Shown in pieces: positions 58,701 to 64,000 of a DNA stretch of 64,000 nt. The notes under the pieces are model-generated. The model did not search any database. It saw only the letters and a list, made by a program, of their open reading frames with translations, and was not told where the DNA came from. The DNA is from Tubulanus polymorphus (Eukaryota > Animalia > Nemertea): positions 3,266,778-3,330,777 of the forward strand of contig NC_134030.1 of assembly GCF_964204645.1 (NCBI RefSeq). Direction: 5' to 3'. A program made the position numbers and the translations under genes. The first letter of the stretch is position 1. Each line of letters starts with the position of its first letter.

Positions 58701-61700
58701 CAGGCCATGCAATTCACATCTAAAACAACAGCCAGTAACAATCATAATTCAAACCTAATTCATCCCACGGAGAAACTGAGTTTGCATGCGTACAGATTTT
58801 GATTTGTGACTGTTCAGGGCTGCCAACCACTATAATAGTATTATCAGCAGTAAGTTGAAATTTGTTGAGTAATATTTCATCGAAATATAAAAGACAATGC
58901 GATCAATAATCAATAGGGGCAAGAAAAAGCCTCAATTTCTGTTATACATCGAATGTTGAATCAGTATTTCTCAAGCCAAAACCACGGAAAAGTTGGCAGC
59001 TCTCTGTTCGTCAGTTCATCGTCTGTGGATATACATGTATCTTGGTCTGCGATGATGGGGGAATAATGACAGAAGAAAGTGTTCATTTCATTCATGTATC
59101 ATGCAAGAAATGAGAAATAGCTAGTAGGGACTTAGATATGAAGGTAACATTCTATAATGAGTACACTTGTAGCAACCTAAATACAAGCTTAGCAAGATAC
59201 ATAGATATCAAATATTCAGGGAATGAGAAATGCTCTTACCTTCATCATTGTTTTCCTCAATTGTAGGTAAATTGTCAAAACCATCTGTTAATATAAAAAT
59301 AAGAAATTCTTACACTATCACAATTTGAAATCGTTATCATTATCATTTTCATGAATTGAAAAATTTTGAGATAAGAGTTTAGGGTAGTGAAAGATATTTG
59401 TAGAATGCTTGGAATGTCACAATAATGAAATATCTTGTCAGTTACACACAGATTGGTCGATGTTTACCACTGGATAAATATTGAAAATTCAGCTTTAATT
59501 TTAACTCATCTTCTGAAACTCTTAAACAGATTTTTCAGCAACTGACCCCTGGTATAGAACTACCTTTTCTTATTAACCATGTTGTCATACACCTTGGATA
59601 GCAAAACATTACTCCCAATCCAGCTAGTTTCAACCAACACTTGAAACTTCTTTTGCATTTTACACATTCATGAATTACTTTGAGTATTTTCTGCGGCAAA
59701 CATTTTGACATGCAGCAAATGAATCTTAAGGTGCGAGAGTATGGTCCACTTTTAGGTTCAGCAACTACAGAAATATAGGAAAAATGTGCCAGCACAGTAA
59801 CTGTCTACGCAAGCAAGATCGAAGTTTTTGAAGAAATGTTCTATCAAAGCTTTTTTTGTGCTCTCGCAATTTTCGAAGTTACAAATGTGAGAATAATTAT
59901 AACATGCATCCGGCATTTAACAATGCAGTATTTGAAATGTCTAAAATAAACTGGAGAAATTCATCTATTTATGAATCCCAAAAACAAACTATGGACATAC
60001 AGCAGACTGCACTTGCCTTGGATCTTGCGGGACCAGGCAAGGAAGCAAGCAAATTTGGGGGCAGTCGGAGTGGCGAAGGTTGTCAGTCATCTGATCACAA
60101 ATTGGAGCAGGAAAATTTCAAAAATTTTATCCAGCAGGGCATGTGATAATCGAAGGCAGTATTTAACTGTATGATCATATTTTGTGACTGGGTCAATCCG
60201 AATAAAACACTGGATCCGGTTCCATAGTTGTGGCTTAGAGTTAACTCGGAGTTAAGATTAGTTCATTTTCAATGTTTTAACTCGGGGTCAAATCTTAACT
60301 CACGACTGTGGAACCGGGCCCTGTTGTATCAACTGTTATATATTATAACTCACCCGTGGTGACAAGAGCCTTGCGTTTAACGTAACAACGAGGGTGACAG
60401 AATAATGTTTTCATGCCAGTTCGTTTCAGCCAACACGGGAACCAGTAACGACACCTCTTGAAATAGTGAATCATTTGTATCTTCGGTCGTCCTAAACACT
60501 TCGCCATACACTTAATGAATTTATATTTACGAAGGGCACTATCATCGGTGATCGCTTCTAATTCATTGGAAGACTCTTCTAAAATCATAAATTGAAAGAA
60601 GTGAAATCATAGAAGATATACACATTGTAGTTGAAACAAAGTGTGCAAAATATCATGGGAACAAGTACCAACTGCTTCAAACTGTAATCAATTGGGATAA
60701 GCGATTTCAGTTAGATACCCCAGTAATGTAAATTCAATAGATATTCCATTGCAAAGGCTCAAAGATTTGCATTTTGTAACTGTTAAGAAGACTGGTAGTA
60801 CATTGCAGGTCAAATTGATGACAAAAAATACACGCTTTCGTTACTAGTGCATAGTAGCTTCATCAGGTAAGACATTTGTACTTTTGAGTGAAGTACTTTT
60901 ATAATGGATTCAAGTTGAAACCCTTGGAATTTGATTTCTTTTCTCTGATCAGGACTATGGGCTCTTTATTTTATGGTTTTAAACACTATAGAAGGGGAGC
61001 CAAGACATTAGTTTGACTGGGTATTTAGAAGTGCTACCTGGTGTCTGCGCATCAGTGATTTCTAAAACAGAGTCATCCATAGCAGAAATGCGACGAATTT
61101 TGATACAACCTCCTAAACAGTTCAACGTCATTTTAGTCAGAGCTTTAAACCAACATAGCACCCTGCGTCTGCATATCTGGAAAACAGAAACACTCAGTTC
61201 AGGTACATTCTGTAACACATCTATATTCAAAATCATCAGAACATCGAAATTGTAGTTTAATCGAAAGAACTAGAAATTATTCTGATTTTGAGAGTATTTC
61301 GATATTTTTGGGAGAAGTTGAGCTCTTCAAAAGAGTAGAAACTACTCTCAAATAGTAGTCGTATTCAGGTCTGTGTATGATGTAATTAATCACAAGTGTC
61401 TTAAAGAGCAATCTGTATTTATTCTGAATAAGGCACTGTATATGGAAAATGATAAAGATAACTGACCTTGACTGCGTGACGAGCGACGATCATTGATCTG
61501 ACACCGCATCTCACCAAACAACGCAGATATCCATTCATAGCAACTTGATTACTGAATGCTTCATCTAATATCAGCGATAGAGCCTTCTCATCATCGGACA
61601 TCACCATTAATTCCTCCTGATTATCGGGCTGCTCCTGATCATCCTCTGTGCTGTCAGGTTGCTCCTGATTGTCCTCTGTGTTGTCAGGTTGCTCCTGATT

Positions 61701-63445
61701 GTCCTCCATGTTGTCAGGTTGCTCTGGATTCTCTGCATTATTGGGCTGCTCCTGGTTGCCCTCTGTGACATCAGGTTGCTCCTGATTTTCAATTTCAGTT
61801 GCTGCGTCTATGAAAATACCAACAAAACAAATTTTACACACCCAACATTTTCTCAGAATTGCAGAACAAACAAAATCAAAAATCGATATTCATGAACTTT
61901 AGGATAGCGAGCAATTCTAATAAAGGGGATCAAAAACCATCAGAGAATTAGAAATGATTTTAATCAAATTAATCTGTACCTGTTTTGTCGACAGCATTCT
62001 CAATATCACGAGGGGTCTGTTCAGGAATGTTGTTCGCTTCTGAAGAAATTTGTTCATCTTTCGACAATCCTATACATGAACACAGAAATAGATAATAAAA
62101 ATACAAGTCTCAAGACTCTGTGTAGATAAATGAAAAAGAGTCAAAATCTTTATGAGATAGAATCCATTAAATTGAAACGAAGATTTGGCACTTGACAAAT
62201 ACAGCCATCATCAAATGGAATGATGGTCAATAACCAACTCATTGTGGTTTCATTTTGATAAATCTTACATGTAACACACGTTAGCACATTATTAGAATTC
62301 AATTGTGGCACTTTCGCAAGGCTACAGGGCATGTCTCAACCATAACACTATTCTTTCATAACACTAGCATCACACGGTGGAAAGGTGACCCAAACATGAG
62401 TAAAAAAAATCACTTTGTTATGTAAAACTTAGTTTAAAATAGAAGCCCCAAAACGTCAGACTCCAGCTCTCGTCGTCAAGCAACGATCATCGACGGAACA
62501 ATGGCTTCTGCTTACCTGTTCCAGCTTGAGGAGGTAATTCGGCCTGTCCATCGATAGCAGGACCAGGAATATAGATCAAAGTCTCTTCGTGAATGTCTTC
62601 CTCGACAAGGGGTTCATTTTTATCGTTTTCTGGAAGATTGAAAAGTTTCAATTAATAAAAATTGAATCGAATTTAGTGCCGGTGCCATTTATTTCCGCAT
62701 CCACTCGACCTTGAGTTTGCTGAACTAGAACACTGGAATAGGGCCCGGACCACCAGCTTCCGGGTTGTCCAATCACCGCATTCGTTAATTTTTTTCCTAT
62801 AAAATGAGCGTTATTTTATTCTGATAGGAAAAAACAAATATGCTCTCCGGGTACGGTGACGCCCAAAAATTATCTAAAACAATGCAAAATCTACCAAAAA
62901 CAAAATATGATTGTAGAAATCGAGGACTCAATTCAGTACTCTGAGTCTGAGTCAAATCTTTGACTCAGGAACTGCGTGCACCTCAAATAAGAACTCGGGG
63001 CCTGAGACTGACGTGCCGGAAATAAGAAATAATCACATCGTGGTAAAAATGCGTCATTTTTGCCATACACTATATTTTAATTATAGAAACAGGCCCCAAC
63101 GACCACGACTGACGAAGGCTTTTACGATTTGACAGAAAATTCTATTTCAGTTCATGCAGAAAGATGATACATAAACGAATCGTTTAAAAGTTAAAAATTA
63201 TTAAAACACTACAATTCACGTTGTACAAAGTGCCGAAAAAAATCATGAGTAAGTCTAAAGAATTATTGTTCATGTATATTCTGTCATTAAAACCCCGGCA
63301 CGAGGATTGTGCCCTCCAAAAACAAAGAAAAAAAAACTAAAAACAGAAATCATCATTATGAGTGAAATAAAATCTACGGCTTACCTGCCGAGTGACCCCC
63401 TGTGACCAGGAAGAACCCCAACACAAGAACGTAAAGTACGTTCAT
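40789..63445 (-). CDS. Uncharacterised secreted multi-domain precursor: signal peptide, 18 six-cysteine modules (mostly cationic) and acidic spacers (~2026 aa, 35 coding exons)
   Basis: Hand-spliced exons, 5'->3': 63385-63445 ([20 protein letters not shown]), 62516-62629, 61980-62069, 61467-61807, 61038-61176, 60354-60578, 59564-59764, 59240-59284, 58570-58719, 57995-58066, 57331-57573, 56430-56660, 55815-56057, 54873-55103, 53631-54470, 53382-53444, 52428-52595, 51871-51924, 51669-51737, 47744-48037, 47005-47268, 46371-46553, 46002-46055, 45309-45488, 45168-45221, 44581-44826, 44123-44191, 43880-43933, 43227-43406, 42745-42813, 42447-42668, 42114-42287, 41474-41722, 41141-41314, 40789-40823 ([11 protein letters not shown]). 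All introns are GT-AG, the frame is open throughout (6081 nt), and all introns are phase 1 except one. Only one signal peptide and one terminal stop were found. Confidence 0.82.
40799..42716. repeat. ~0.96-kb tandem duplication (40799-41766 / 41767-42716)
   Basis: Both copies start ACCAGAGTTTCTG(G/A)AACTGTATCC and contain a spacer exon and a module exon. Confidence 0.92.
41474..42668 (-). CDS. Polyprotein modules M17 and M18 with duplicated acidic spacer
   Basis: M17: [44 protein letters not shown] (42447-42668). M18: ...[23 protein letters not shown] (41474-41722). Confidence 0.88.
43227..43406 (-). CDS. Polyprotein module M16
   Basis: [43 protein letters not shown]. Confidence 0.87.
44390..44549. 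mobile_element. Harbinger/Tourist-like MITE with TAA flanks
   Basis: TAA|AGGGTCATTCATTTATTACGTA...TACGTAATAAATGAATGATCCC|TAA. Confidence 0.75.
44581..44826 (-). CDS. Polyprotein module M15
   Basis: [45 protein letters not shown], followed by a DENLPA duplicated acidic tail. Confidence 0.88.
45309..45488 (-). CDS. Polyprotein module M14
   Basis: [47 protein letters not shown]. Confidence 0.87.
46371..46553 (-). CDS. Polyprotein module M13
   Basis: [45 protein letters not shown]. Confidence 0.88.
47005..48037 (-). CDS. Polyprotein modules M11 and M12 (older paralogous pair)
   Basis: M11: [41 protein letters not shown] (47744-48037). M12: [42 protein letters not shown] (47005-47268). Both share a DIS..LADI...EDTVP.GDTDN tail. 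Confidence 0.88.
48942..49802 (+). CDS. VKORC1: Vitamin K epoxide reductase complex subunit 1-like protein (182 aa), nested antisense in the polyprotein intron 48038-51668
   Basis: Exons 48942-49126, 49214-49323 (110 nt) and 49549-49802. Motifs: loop cysteines [37 protein letters not shown], redox-active CxxC ([10 protein letters not shown]) and hydrophobic TM segments. A probable non-coding first exon ends at 48559 (CAG|GTAAG), with TATAAAT at ~48470. Confidence 0.95.
50262..50671. mobile_element. PIF/Harbinger-type MITE with TAA target-site duplication
   Basis: TAA|AGCCCGGCGCACACCCTTGCGAT...ATCGCAAAGGTGTGCGCCCAGCT|TAA, with internal ATCGCA/TGCGAT sub-repeats. Confidence 0.8.
52428..52595 (-). 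CDS. Polyprotein module M10 (weakly charged)
   Basis: [45 protein letters not shown]. Confidence 0.87.
52812..53089. mobile_element. Two abutting, oppositely oriented family A MITEs
   Basis: CAGGGGCCGGTTCCATAG...ACTATGGAACCGACCCCAG is followed directly by an inverted copy ending ACTATGCAACCGGCCCCAG; matches 3753-3896. Confidence 0.75.
53631..54470 (-). CDS. Polyprotein exon with protamine-like (RRRRYRV)n tract and module M9
   Basis: 840-nt phase 1-1 exon. A 21-nt repeat encodes the Arg/Tyr/Val tract, followed by [45 protein letters not shown]. Confidence 0.82.
53860..54420. repeat. 21-nt coding tandem repeat (GACACGGTATCTTCTTCTGCG)n
   Basis: Seen directly; open in several frames. Confidence 0.95.
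54709..57782. repeat. ~1.55-kb tandem duplication (54709-56265 / 56266-57782)
   Basis: Near-identical exons and introns with a few substitutions and intronic indels. Confidence 0.92.
54873..57573 (-). CDS. Polyprotein modules M5-M8 (two-exon unit duplicated in tandem)
   Basis: M5 and M7: [45 protein letters not shown] (57331-57573, 55815-56057). M6 and M8: [10 protein letters not shown](V/L)[34 protein letters not shown] (56430-56660, 54873-55103). Confidence 0.88.
58570..58719 (-). CDS. Polyprotein module M4 (7 Cys; absent from the ORF track)
   Basis: Hand translation: [50 protein letters not shown], bounded by TTTTAG| and |GTTAG. Confidence 0.85.
59564..59764 (-). CDS. Polyprotein module M3 (8 Cys)
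   Basis: [45 protein letters not shown]. Confidence 0.85.
60354..60578 (-). CDS. Polyprotein module M2
   Basis: [45 protein letters not shown]. Confidence 0.88.
61038..61807 (-). CDS. Polyprotein acidic (NQEQPDNxED)n pro-region and module M1 (split across two exons)
   Basis: [21 protein letters not shown]|[24 protein letters not shown]. Confidence 0.85.
63385..63445 (-). CDS. Polyprotein exon 1: signal peptide
   Basis: ATG...[21 protein letters not shown]|GTAAG: hydrophobic core with small residues at the likely cleavage site. Confidence 0.8.
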
Positions 63446-64000
63446 TCTGCCAGGGTAGGAAGGTGTGGCTTCTTAGATTCAAACAAGGTCTTCACTGCGA
63501 CAATTATGCGGTGCTGATCATCTATCCGGGCAATCACAACTGCCGGCAAATGCGACCGCTACAGACCCGGGCATCGCTTTTTATTTGCGATGTAACTTCC
63601 TTGTTCAGTCATGTGACTGCTTCTCCGTACCAATCAGGGTTACGGAATATATTCTATGAGCCTAGCCCCGGATAATGAGACACGCCTTGCGCCGCGCTAG
63701 TTCGTGACAATCGATACATTTCGCGGCCGTGGAGAAAGGAAAGAATTGACTACCCGAATTTCTACAGTTCCATATTTTGTACAGTGCCCTACGACAAGAA
63801 GATGTGTAGCTTTTTGTTGGTTTAAAGATCCAATTTGGTCTTTGATAGATATACTACACAATTTTCCCGAATGTTCTTGTGTATATTTTTCTATCATATG
63901 GAATCCTAGAATTAGAAATAGCGATTCAGGAATTACACGAAACTACGAATCTATTCTATAATAGCGGCTAATGTCTCAAACGTTTGGTTTTACCATTGGC

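Noticed and set aside
59995-60167. Possible 19th module (minus strand, ...[12 protein letters not shown]...) between AG and GT sites
   Set aside because: Stops in all frames and the Cys framework is incomplete; at best a decayed pseudo-exon.
40789-63445. Assignment of the modules to saposin-like, ShK, defensin, macin or neurotoxin B families
   Set aside because: Cys number and spacing (C-x3-C-x12/14-C-x5-CW-x9/12-C-x3-C) do not match those frameworks as I know them; a profile or structure search is needed.

Overview
AT-rich, intron-rich animal (invertebrate) genomic DNA; the species cannot be determined from sequence alone. Five protein-coding genes were spliced by hand from GT-AG sites with consistent intron phases. 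(1) The 5' part of a clade A fibrillar collagen alpha chain (minus strand, 1-6994; signal peptide, VWC, minor helix, telopeptide, Gly-X-Y). (2) An Abl-interactor (Abi) gene with a C-terminal SH3 domain (plus, 11293-17126). (3) A PP2C-like (CG9801-type) gene (minus, 22360-37332) with two candidate first exons. (4) A gene I do not recognise (minus, 40789-63445; 35 coding exons, about 2026 aa by my assembly). It encodes a signal peptide followed by 18 divergent, mostly cationic six-cysteine modules (C-x3-C-x12/14-C-x5-CW-x9/12-C-x3-C) alternating with Glu/Asp-rich spacer exons, plus a protamine-like (RRRRYRV)n insert. It looks like a secreted multi-peptide precursor (antimicrobial/toxin or adhesive) still expanding by exon duplication. 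(5) An intact three-exon vitamin K epoxide reductase (VKORC1 family) gene nested antisense inside the largest intron of gene 4. The polyprotein and its nested VKOR are the main candidate for an undescribed system. The window also holds several MITE families, minisatellites and a circularly permuted inverted duplication at 18.3-20.2 kb.
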